Below are positions 18,401-25,915 of a DNA stretch of 64,000 nt, piece by piece; position 1 is the first letter of the stretch; the number at the start of each line of letters is the position of its first letter. This stretch comes from Patescibacteria group bacterium (lineage in GTDB: Bacteria > Patescibacteriota > Patescibacteriia > Patescibacteriales > UBA12075): the NCBI GenBank assembly GCA_018897195.1, contig JAHILH010000001.1, forward strand, positions 28,565-92,564, given 5' to 3'. The position numbers were made by a program, and so were the translations under genes. Under the pieces are notes generated by a model. It saw only the letters and a program-made list of their open reading frames with translations. It was not told where the DNA came from and made no database searches.

Positions 18401-19143
18401 AAGCTAAGTCAATCGCTGCAGAAAACGATGCTGAAGGTACAGCAACTCATGGTACCACAGTTATCTTCGCGCTAGCTAGTAATGCTATCTTGACTTCACC
18501 TGAAATTGACATGACAAAAGCTGTAGAGGCTGATGGCGCTGATTCAGGTCAAGCTCTTACTTTGGTAGAAAATACTGATGCAACTGTTGATGCTAATGAA
18601 TACACAGCTTCAACTGTTGATTCAAAGATGGCTGTAATCTCTGGCGCTATCTTGACATCTATCGTTAACACAATGACAGATGGTACATTAACAGGTGGTG
18701 TTAGTAAGACAATTGGTAAATACAAGATGGTATTTGACAATGGTGCAAATAGAATTAATAATGATGACCTAAGAGCGCAGTTAGAACAGTTGAAACTAAC
18801 CGTTTCTGCTGGCACAGCTGCTGTATCTTTGGTTCAAGCATATATTGACGGCGCTTCAACTAACAAGACTACTGCGGTAGCTGTTGATGGTGTTACTCAT
18901 ATAGCTACTATTAATCTTGCAGAAGCTGGTAAGTTATCAGATAATGCACAAGTTGACGGTGAAATTACTTTAGTTATTATTGGTACCATCACTGGTGTTG
19001 TACCTAGTGACTATGTGCAAACTTCAATCGCTAATTTGACAACTGACTTCACATATGATGGTGATGGTGATGGTACTGCAGCTGGTTCTGCTAACTCATT
19101 ATTGCCTATCTCTGAGGTTATTGGCGCAACTTTGTCTAACTAA
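15472..19143 (+). CDS. very large secreted surface protein (S-layer-like), repeated beta-sandwich-like modules
   Basis: Start at ATG 15472 or 15481 (signal KALAISVMSVTVLSTSMFSVSFAGA); about 1220 aa rich in T/A/V/S/G/N, no Cys; C-ending codon preference (tac, ttc, aac); 13-bp GC-rich terminator. Confidence 0.75.
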   Translation: MQFMQKLRKALAISVMSVTVLSTSMFSVSFAGAATSVAAGDLIKTNSSSAVYYVGADMKKNVFPDSTTYFSWYSDFSSVTVVSQDEFNALSWGGNVVMRPGTKLVKIQSDPRVYAVEPGGKMKHIPSEAVAISIYGANWAKRVVDISDTVFVSAYDKNPTELTTAFPAGTLVKGTGADVFYFDGSAYRKVANEAAFTANRFSFANVVTTTNAVTASGADVTSAEFASVVAGGVADVVVGGTGLTVALSSNTPEAGNAPIGASVDFFAFNLTASNDGAVNVNSIKLSAFNLGNADDITNVSFYDNGAKIGTSKTLSASDRNAVFNFATPINVAAGTTKTITVKATLATGANSNYAVGITAAADIMTGGAAVSGSFPVVGSTKSGVSASLGSYVISTTSLETIDTSNKFGEDNVLLAAFDINAAAEEDLLVNTLRLRNGGTNSDSIVSNMRLVIDGEDVQTGVSMVDRYASFNAGSYKIDKGQSVSVEIYGDLGMGSAGDTVSLYLKEATDMSVVGKTFGYDLVVSNGGDLTALMTANGGVVVTLTAGDFTIDMDKLATPAKDVRKDSINVVLATIKMTSNSENATLAGIGTGLTVTGTNVDADDLNAFELVDLSTGSIYDLTSTVTGGNTYNLTTSDEVSFVKGVTKTFALRADVTSSADLNDVYAVSLLGTALSLTGDVSDSAITNITPSSVSGANQTVKDATLSWTTSTLTDKTVVTGAAGVTIYNASVKAGDVSPITISSIKLNVVADDATDLGTGSFTDSNITKLDLYINNVLVKTISNSITEAVADGGYVTFSSLDAAKRVVAKGTTVPVEVKATFASSFATSSKWSVGVIAASSITAKDDLNNTITATVPVLTGSRDVTLATIGSLKTELLTVDSKANNDVYLLAGSTKTSGDAYVAEVKFTAANEPIKVKTLVLAQTGTATSGDIKAVNLYNSAGAIIATTGVTATGHAVFTNLTLTIPADSSVSYFVGVQAKSIAAENDAEGTATHGTTVIFALASNAILTSPEIDMTKAVEADGADSGQALTLVENTDATVDANEYTASTVDSKMAVISGAILTSIVNTMTDGTLTGGVSKTIGKYKMVFDNGANRINNDDLRAQLEQLKLTVSAGTAAVSLVQAYIDGASTNKTTAVAVDGVTHIATINLAEAGKLSDNAQVDGEITLVIIGTITGVVPSDYVQTSIANLTTDFTYDGDGDGTAAGSANSLLPISEVIGATLSN

Positions 19144-19180
19144 TTCTAACCTCACGGTTTAAATTAGAGAAGCTGAGTTT

Positions 19181-19225
19181 AAAAAACTCCTCCCGGGTTC
19201 GCCCGGGGGGAGTTTTGATTTTTAT
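19181..19225 (+). terminator. strong terminator after surface protein gene
   Basis: AACTCCTCCCGGG/CCCGGGGGGAGTT stem, TTCG loop, TTTGATTTTT. Confidence 0.9.
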
Positions 19226-19230
19226 ATATC

Positions 19231-19361
19231 GTCATTCTGGAAGGAGCCGGGGCGACTGATAGAATCTTCCGATGTTTAAACGACGAAGTAAATTATAATA
19301 ACAAATTTTTTTAAAACAATTGAAGATTCTATCTCTGCGCTACGCTTCGTTCCAGAATGAC
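19231..19361. mobile_element. family B repeat, ORF-less copy (B2)
   Basis: GTCATTCTGGAAGGAGCCGGGGCGACTGATAGAATCTTCCGATGTTTAAA + 32-bp AT centre + AAAACAATTGAAGATTCTATC...CGCTTCGTTCCAGAATGAC. Confidence 0.9.
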
Positions 19362-19371
19362 ATATTTAATT

Positions 19372-19398
19372 TTGTATTAACCAATTTTATGCTATAAT
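19372..19398 (+). promoter_or_regulatory. extended -10 promoter for PA14 protein gene
   Basis: TTGTAT-15 nt-TGcTATAAT, immediately after repeat B2. Confidence 0.5.
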
Positions 19399-19429
19399 TA
19401 AGCTATATTTAATAATTTAATTATATTTT

Positions 19430-20389
19430 ATGAAAAAGTATTTAATTTTTGCAATTTTACTTTTATTGCCGGTGTTTTTCGTTAAAGCTGATATTGCCAC
19501 TCAGTTGAAGGGGAGGATCTTGTTACAGGTAGAATCTCACGGAGAAGCTTGGTATATTAACCCACAAACAGATAGCCGTTTTTATCTTGGTCGCCCAGCT
19601 GATGCTTTTGCAATTATGAGAAACCAAGGCTTGGGAATATCCAATAAGGACTTTGACGCCTTTAAGGGTGTAGCCCCAGTCGGCTTGTCTGGCAGATTTT
19701 TATTAAAAGTAGAAGATCTTGGCAAGGCTTATTATGTTAATCCACTTGATTTTAAAATGTATTATCTTGGGCGCCCAAGCGACGCCTTTGAGTTAATGAG
19801 AAAATTTGGCTTGGGGATTAGTAATGCAAATTTAAACCAAGTTATAGTTGATAGAAAATCAGCCGAGATGATTAAGGCAGAGGAGGTCTTAAAGCCGGTG
19901 GAACAACCAGTGGTTACCCTGCCAGAGGTGATAGCCACAAGTACTGATAATATCGCCACAAGTAGTGATGAGGTGGCAACCACAACTGAACCAATCGCAA
20001 CCTCAACCGCTTGTCAATTCCTAGTTGAATATTTCGACAACAAAACTCTCTTCGGCGCTCCTTTTTCAACAACAACAGCAAGTACAATCAATAAAGATTG
20101 GAGCACCCTAGCACCGGACGGAATGATAAAAACCGACAGATTCTCAGTTAGATATACAGGCAGGTGTTATTTTACCGGCGGAGACTACACCTTTAAGACA
20201 TCATTTGACGACGCCATAAAAGTATATCTTGACGAAGAAAACTTTATCCAGTCCTGGCTCGATAATGCGCGAGTAAGAACGATTTATCGCGATAGACCGA
20301 TAGCAGAAGGATATCATGACATTAAAGTAGAGTATTATGATAATACTGGCAATGCTGAGGTGAGTGTTGATTGGAGTTTGATTCAATAA
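19430..20389 (+). CDS. secreted protein: two N-terminal ~50-aa modules, Thr/Ser linker, C-terminal PA14 domain
   Basis: Signal peptide; GRILLQVESHGEAWYINP and GRFLLKVEDLGKAYYVNP modules; PA14-like FLVEYFDNKTLFG...DRFSVRYTG...DDAIKVYLD. Confidence 0.75.
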   Translation: MKKYLIFAILLLLPVFFVKADIATQLKGRILLQVESHGEAWYINPQTDSRFYLGRPADAFAIMRNQGLGISNKDFDAFKGVAPVGLSGRFLLKVEDLGKAYYVNPLDFKMYYLGRPSDAFELMRKFGLGISNANLNQVIVDRKSAEMIKAEEVLKPVEQPVVTLPEVIATSTDNIATSSDEVATTTEPIATSTACQFLVEYFDNKTLFGAPFSTTTASTINKDWSTLAPDGMIKTDRFSVRYTGRCYFTGGDYTFKTSFDDAIKVYLDEENFIQSWLDNARVRTIYRDRPIAEGYHDIKVEYYDNTGNAEVSVDWSLIQ

Positions 20390-20401
20390 AAAAACAATAA
20401 A

Positions 20402-20430
20402 ACAGTCCCGAGTACTCGGGACTGTTTTGA
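20402..20430 (+). terminator. terminator after PA14 gene
   Basis: perfect palindrome ACAGTCCCGAGTACTCGGGACTGT then TTTTG. Confidence 0.8.
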
Positions 20431-20451
20431 AATATATTACTAACATTTCTT

Positions 20452-20479
20452 TTGACACTGATTTTACGCATGATATAAT
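20452..20479 (+). promoter_or_regulatory. near-consensus promoter
   Basis: TTGACA-16 nt-(TGa)TATAAT. Confidence 0.7.
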
Positions 20480-20505
20480 ATGTGTATAAGTCTTAAATTA
20501 AGCCT

Positions 20506-20997
20506 ATGTTAAAACTAAATATGAAAAAAATTGCCAAAATTTTTGGCTATGTTGTGTTAGCAGTAGTAGTACTGCTTTTTTTATTACTAATCTGGACCAA
20601 GCGGAAGATTGATAATGGGGAGATGGTGAAGTGGAACGGGAAGTGGATGACCCAAGAAGACTTCCACAAAATCGTCCCACCGCAGGTTTATAAGGTGGAG
20701 TCAAAGAACAAACCAGAAGAAGTCTACACAGCCTTTCGCCAGGCATTATTGGATGATGATGTAGAGAAGGCTTTGGGGTTGGTGAGAGTGGAGAAGAGGG
20801 CGAAATTTGCGGAGGTGTTTAAGGATAAAAAGATGTTGGAGAATTATAAGACATTGCCTGTGGTTGAGAAAATTATTAAGTCAGAAAAGGATAGTTATGA
20901 AAATATTTCATCATTTTATTACAGGGAAAATGAAAAGGTTTATTCTGTTGAATTTATAAAAAATAAAGACGGCTACTGGGAAATAGACCAGATATAA
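20506..20997 (+). CDS. membrane-anchored protein, unknown function
   Basis: N-terminal TM IFGYVVLAVVVLLFLLLIW (alternative start ATG 20521); near-consensus promoter at 20452-20479. Confidence 0.55.
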   Translation: MLKLNMKKIAKIFGYVVLAVVVLLFLLLIWTKRKIDNGEMVKWNGKWMTQEDFHKIVPPQVYKVESKNKPEEVYTAFRQALLDDDVEKALGLVRVEKRAKFAEVFKDKKMLENYKTLPVVEKIIKSEKDSYENISSFYYRENEKVYSVEFIKNKDGYWEIDQI

Positions 20998-21002
20998 ATT
21001 AT

Positions 21003-21407
21003 GTCATTCTGGAAGGAGCGGATGCGACTGATAGAATCTTCCGATGTTTAAAATATGCGCGAAAGAAAATATTACGTATATATTTCAACCAATAAAAACA
21101 ATGAAGTTTTGTATGTAGGAGTAAGCAATAGCATGATTAGAAGATCTTGGGAGCACAAGAGCAAGGTTTATGATAATAGTTTCACGGAAAAATATAACAT
21201 AAACAAGATGGTGTATTATGAAATTTGGGGCGATGTTAAACAGGCGATATTTAGAGAAAAACAGATTAAAAATTTACTTCGAAAAAAGAAAATAGACTTA
21301 ATAAACAAAGTTAATCCATCATGGGTTGATGTGATGGATATGATTGAATAAAAAATTTAAACAATTGAAGATTCTATCACTACGCTTACGCTTCGTTCCA
21401 GAATGAC
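21003..21407 (+). mobile_element. family B repeat carrying GIY-YIG ORF between its arms (B3) - candidate autonomous element
   Basis: Arms ~90% identical to B2; ORF 21055-21351 begins 1 nt after left arm and stops ~7 nt before right arm. Confidence 0.8.
21055..21351 (+). CDS. small stand-alone GIY-YIG nuclease (COG2827/UPF0213-like), nested inside family-B repeat
   Basis: 98 aa; YYVYI...LYVGVS...RRSWEH...YYEIW...REKQIK matches GIY-YIG core; ORF fills the space between the two arms of element B3. Confidence 0.85.
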   Translation: MRERKYYVYISTNKNNEVLYVGVSNSMIRRSWEHKSKVYDNSFTEKYNINKMVYYEIWGDVKQAIFREKQIKNLLRKKKIDLINKVNPSWVDVMDMIE

Positions 21408-21422
21408 AAAAAAATAATTCTT

Positions 21423-21470
21423 GTCATTCTGGAAGGAGTCGGGGCGACTGATAGAATCTTCCGATGTTTA
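21423..21470. mobile_element. family B solo left arm (B4)
   Basis: GTCATTCTGGAAGGAGTCGGGGCGACTGATAGAATCTTCCGATGTTTAA, 15 bp after B3 and 10 nt before ATG 21481. Confidence 0.85.
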
Positions 21471-21480
21471 ATTTAAATTT

Positions 21481-24400
21481 ATGTTAAAAGGAGTAGCGAT
21501 ATTTTTTATAACAATATTCGTCTTCGGAGTTGGTGTTGTTTTTTCCTATGACAACATCAATACCCATCCCCAATTAAGTCGTGCCGCTGAGAATGTATAC
21601 AACAATAGCACCAATCCTAACAAGATAAGCGTCGAACAAATGAAGTGGATTGAATATGGTGCAGCCATGGAGGACACTGACCCGCGCTATTTGAACCATT
21701 TTTATAACCCTAAGACCAGCCAAGGTCTAAAAGATGGTTTTTGGTCTGGAATGCCCGCCAAGGAGTGGGCGCAAAAACAAACCAGCGCGACCGGTGATTA
21801 TGGTTATCAAGCAATCCTTAATAATTACAAGCTAGGCAACAAAGACAGGGCTTGGCAAGGCGTGGGGCATATTTTACACTTGATTCAGGATATGAGCGTG
21901 CCCGCCCATGTGCGCAATGATGGACACGGAGAAGGCGATGTTTATGAGGCTTGGGCACAGCAATTTGGCAAAATTAGCACAAATAATGTCTCTAAAATTA
22001 GTGCCAGTGATTTGAATCAAGTTTTTGATAATTTGGCGACCTATACTTATGATAATTTTTATAGTAAGGATACTATAATTAGTGGCGACAAAAAAATTAT
22101 TGGAGGTGTGATAAAGTCTGAAAAGGATATTAATAACAAGGATGCTGATTATGTTTATTTTAATGGTTATAAGATTGTGAAGGTGAAGTCCTATAAATCC
22201 GGTAATGAATATTCCATAGATTACAGCGTAAACCAATCCTACTGGTCCATCCTCTCCCCAAAAGCCATCGGCTACAGCGCTGGCGTTATCGAACTTTTCG
22301 CCAATGAATTCAAAAAAATAGACGACCAAAAAGCAGCGGAGTTAGCCAATATGAGTCTGTTGCAGAAATTGAGTTATGGCTTGAAAAAAGTAACCGAGCC
22401 GGCGGTTACGTTCACTGACGCAGCGTATACTTGGGGAGATATCTATATGGTGGTGCGACCAACCGTGGTTGGCGAATTCAACGCCATCTTAGCTGCGGCT
22501 AATTTGACCGGCAAAACTATCGGGGCTGGCAACGAACTAATAGTCGACACCAGCAAAACAGTAGGCGACAAATTGGCAGTAGCTGCCGGCGAAGTGAAAG
22601 GTGTTTTTGTTTCAGCGGCAAAAGAAGAAAAGCCAGCTCAGATTATCAGCACAACAGTTCAGGATTTGAATAAAGCAGTTCAGTCAAAAGATAGCAACGT
22701 CAACGAAGTTAAAGTCGCGCGCGTGATTGATGGCGACACCATTGAGCTCGTGACTGGTGAAAAAGTTCGCTACATCGGCGTTGATACTCCCGAATTAAAT
22801 GGCGTTGGCTCAGCTGACGATGAGTGCCTGGCTTGGGCGGCCAAGGTGCGTAATGAGCAGTTGATTCAGTCGGGGCAAGTGCGATTGGTGGGCGATGTTG
22901 GTGCTGACAAGGACACCTATGGACGTTTGTTGCGCTATGCATACGCCGGCAATACCTTTGTGAACGGTCAATTAGCCAATGAAGGCTTTGCGAAAGCATT
23001 TTTTTGCCAAGCTGGTTGGATCAACTGTCCAGTTACGACAGACGCCACGCGCAAAAAGATAATTCAGGACGCGGCCAATGCGGCGATAGCTAATAAGCGC
23101 GGACTTTATTCAGGTGTTTGTGCTAAAGAAGTTGAAATTGTCAAAGATCCGGTTTTGATATTAGTTGAAGAAAATAAAACAGAACCAAAAATTCAAGAAC
23201 TTGCCAAGGGTGTGCAAGTTTTTTTTAGTAATGGGGTGCCAGACAATCCAGTCGTAGTCGAGGACGTAGTGATTATTTTAGATGACGGCATTAACAATAA
23301 TGATGAGGAGGCGACGACTAGCGAAGAAGATGCTACCAGTACCGATGAGATTGCAACTAGTACCGACGAGTTGGAAACTAGCACGCCTGATGTAGCAACA
23401 ACAAGTGATGAGGTGGCAGTAGCTACTGATCCAGAAATTGATATTAACAATGTTGTGCTAACGCTTTTTGGACTGGATACTGGTAGTGAGGATTTTACCG
23501 GAAGCACGACGGTCGGCATAAGAATTGACGGCATTTCTAGTCGAGCGGAATATTATTTATCAGAATATGATGATGGTTTAACTGAAGAGTCGGCGTGGTT
23601 AACCGAAGAGCCGGAAAATTTTACAATCAGTGATAATGATTTTGAACAAGTAAATGTTTATTTATGGATTAAACAAAATGATAACATCTTGCCAGGATAT
23701 GTCCTTGGGAGTATTATATTAGATAGGGAAGGACCAGAAATAAATTTTAATCAAGCTCCGGCGACAAGCACAATTGCGACTGAGGCTAGTTTTAATGTAA
23801 ATTGCGTAGATGATTCACAAGATTATGTGAATGAAAAATATTCAGGCGAAAAAGCAGTTACTTGGAATTACAAATTAGATAATAGAGATTTGACACTTGG
23901 TTATGATGGTGAGGATATTGATTTTTCAGGCTTGGCTGAGGGTGAGCATGTCTTAAGTGTTGAGGCAGTTGATAGGGCTTTAAATATTGCTAGTTCGAGT
24001 TATGTCTGGACAGTAAACGCGCCGGCATCGCTGCCTGCAATTAATGCTCGCGCGAACTATATTGTTATAAGTGAAATTCAAGTTGCTTCACAGTCTTCCA
24101 GCACAGAAGAATTCATTGAATTGCATAATCCAAATGTGTATGATGTTGATATTAGTAATTACCGTCTAACAAGAAAAACTAAAAGTGGTGCGGAGTATAA
24201 TTTGTTATCGTCTTTTTCCGGTAGTGCGAATTACAGAATTCCAAAACGAGGTTTTTTCTTGATTTCGAATAAGATGACAATAACCCGAGATGGCGCAATC
24301 GTGCGAAATGCTGACGCAGTTTATACGGTTAGCGATGAATCAATCGCGGCTAATAATACGATTATTCTTTATAGTGATGCGGGGCAAACTGTTGTTGATA

Positions 24401-24645
24401 AAGTTGGTTTTGGCACAGCCTCTGATTATGAGGGTCAGCCTTTGGTCAATATTCCGGCTGGCAGCTCTGCTGAAAGAAAAGCCTTATGGAACTCCACTTA
24501 TGCATCTATGAATAGTGGAGTTGATCGTTATTCTGGCAATGCCTTTGATAGTAATAATAATTTTAACGATTTCATAATCAGAACCAATCCGGAGCCCCAG
24601 AATCGAACCTTTGAGCAAGAGCCCTGGATTCCGCGTCTTTGGTAG
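21481..24645 (+). CDS. secreted multi-domain nuclease: Zn-dependent phospholipase C-like domain + thermonuclease (SNase) + lamin-tail domain
   Basis: N-terminal TM/signal; HLIQDMSVPAHVRND (PLC/S1-P1 fold); VIDGDTIELVTGEKVRYIGVDTPE...YGRLLRYAY (SNase); VISEIQV...EFIELHNPNVYDVDISNYRL (LTD); acidic Thr/Ser linker. Confidence 0.8.
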   Translation: MLKGVAIFFITIFVFGVGVVFSYDNINTHPQLSRAAENVYNNSTNPNKISVEQMKWIEYGAAMEDTDPRYLNHFYNPKTSQGLKDGFWSGMPAKEWAQKQTSATGDYGYQAILNNYKLGNKDRAWQGVGHILHLIQDMSVPAHVRNDGHGEGDVYEAWAQQFGKISTNNVSKISASDLNQVFDNLATYTYDNFYSKDTIISGDKKIIGGVIKSEKDINNKDADYVYFNGYKIVKVKSYKSGNEYSIDYSVNQSYWSILSPKAIGYSAGVIELFANEFKKIDDQKAAELANMSLLQKLSYGLKKVTEPAVTFTDAAYTWGDIYMVVRPTVVGEFNAILAAANLTGKTIGAGNELIVDTSKTVGDKLAVAAGEVKGVFVSAAKEEKPAQIISTTVQDLNKAVQSKDSNVNEVKVARVIDGDTIELVTGEKVRYIGVDTPELNGVGSADDECLAWAAKVRNEQLIQSGQVRLVGDVGADKDTYGRLLRYAYAGNTFVNGQLANEGFAKAFFCQAGWINCPVTTDATRKKIIQDAANAAIANKRGLYSGVCAKEVEIVKDPVLILVEENKTEPKIQELAKGVQVFFSNGVPDNPVVVEDVVIILDDGINNNDEEATTSEEDATSTDEIATSTDELETSTPDVATTSDEVAVATDPEIDINNVVLTLFGLDTGSEDFTGSTTVGIRIDGISSRAEYYLSEYDDGLTEESAWLTEEPENFTISDNDFEQVNVYLWIKQNDNILPGYVLGSIILDREGPEINFNQAPATSTIATEASFNVNCVDDSQDYVNEKYSGEKAVTWNYKLDNRDLTLGYDGEDIDFSGLAEGEHVLSVEAVDRALNIASSSYVWTVNAPASLPAINARANYIVISEIQVASQSSSTEEFIELHNPNVYDVDISNYRLTRKTKSGAEYNLLSSFSGSANYRIPKRGFFLISNKMTITRDGAIVRNADAVYTVSDESIAANNTIILYSDAGQTVVDKVGFGTASDYEGQPLVNIPAGSSAERKALWNSTYASMNSGVDRYSGNAFDSNNNFNDFIIRTNPEPQNRTFEQEPWIPRLW

Positions 24646-24653
24646 TTTAATAT

Positions 24654-25727
24654 ATGACAAACAAAAATAAACTCTACATTTTAATATCAATAGTTATTGC
24701 GTCAGTCTTAACTGCTGGCTGGTTTTTTTTCGGCAAAAAAGTCGATGAGGTCGAAGCACCAGTGGAGGAGGTGAAATCTTTGTTGGTGTCGAATATCCCG
24801 GAGGCGGAAAGTGTCGAACAGCCGAAAGAAAATCTAATCCGTCGCAACATCGACGGCGTTTACGTTGCCGAGGGTGAGGATAATCATTATCCCGTCGCCG
24901 TGATGATTGACAATCACAAAGACGCGCGCCCAGCATCAGGCATTGCGAAAGCAAACCTGGTTATCGAGGCGGAAGCGGAAGGGGGAGTGACGCGTTATTT
25001 TGTTGTCTTTGCAAGCGGTGAAAAGATTGACGAGATCGGACCGATTCGTAGCGCGCGACCATACTTTGTCGATTGGGCTGAGGGCTTATCGGCGCTTTAT
25101 GTTCATGTTGGTGGCAGTCCAGATGCGCTGACGAAAATAATCAATGACGGCGTTTATGACATGAACGAGTTTTACAAGGGCAAATATTTTTGGCGCGACA
25201 CCACGCGCAAGAAGCCGCACAATGTTTATATTTCAAGCAATAGCTTGAACGAATATTTAGAAACGAAAAAATTGAGTGTCGGCGATTTCACACCTTGGCA
25301 ATTTAAAGATGATGAATTGAAAGAAAATCGTCCGGCGACTTCGAGCACGATTAAGATTAATTATCGCATCAAGGATTTTATCGTGGAATGGAAATATGAT
25401 CCGGAAAATAATAACTATGTCCGCTCACTCGGCGGTGAAATCTATAAAGACAAAGACGGCACTGTGGTCACGGCGAAGAACGTGGCGGTGCAATATACGC
25501 GCGCTGATGTAGTTGATGACAAGAGCCGTCTCGACATGACCGTTGTCGGCACCGGCAAGGCACTTGTTTGTCAGGATGGAAAGTGTGACTCGGGAACCTG
25601 GAAAAAGCCAACAAAAAAAGACCGCACGCGGTTCTTTGTGAATGATAATGAAGTGGCTTTTAATGCCGGTTTGACTTGGGTGAATGTGGTGCGGACTTAT
25701 TATAAGGTTGAGCAGATTTTGAATTAG
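24654..25727 (+). CDS. DUF3048 (YerB-like) domain protein, membrane-anchored
   Basis: N-terminal TM; PVAVMIDNHKDARPASGIAKANLVIEAEAEGGVTRYFVVF resembles DUF3048 core (from memory). Confidence 0.7.
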   Translation: MTNKNKLYILISIVIASVLTAGWFFFGKKVDEVEAPVEEVKSLLVSNIPEAESVEQPKENLIRRNIDGVYVAEGEDNHYPVAVMIDNHKDARPASGIAKANLVIEAEAEGGVTRYFVVFASGEKIDEIGPIRSARPYFVDWAEGLSALYVHVGGSPDALTKIINDGVYDMNEFYKGKYFWRDTTRKKPHNVYISSNSLNEYLETKKLSVGDFTPWQFKDDELKENRPATSSTIKINYRIKDFIVEWKYDPENNNYVRSLGGEIYKDKDGTVVTAKNVAVQYTRADVVDDKSRLDMTVVGTGKALVCQDGKCDSGTWKKPTKKDRTRFFVNDNEVAFNAGLTWVNVVRTYYKVEQILN

Positions 25728-25915
25728 TATTTATTTTTTATTGTCTTAAGCTACGCGCTCTCGCTTGTGTTACTTTTGGAAGCAAAAGTAACCAAAACTT
25801 TTGGGGGTGTTCAATGCACTATCACAAGCAAGGGTTTTGTTATTTTAATGTGGGCGTTTAGTTCACACCCCCAAACCCCCTTGGTTATTTTGATATAATT
25901 TGGCACTCGTATTTT

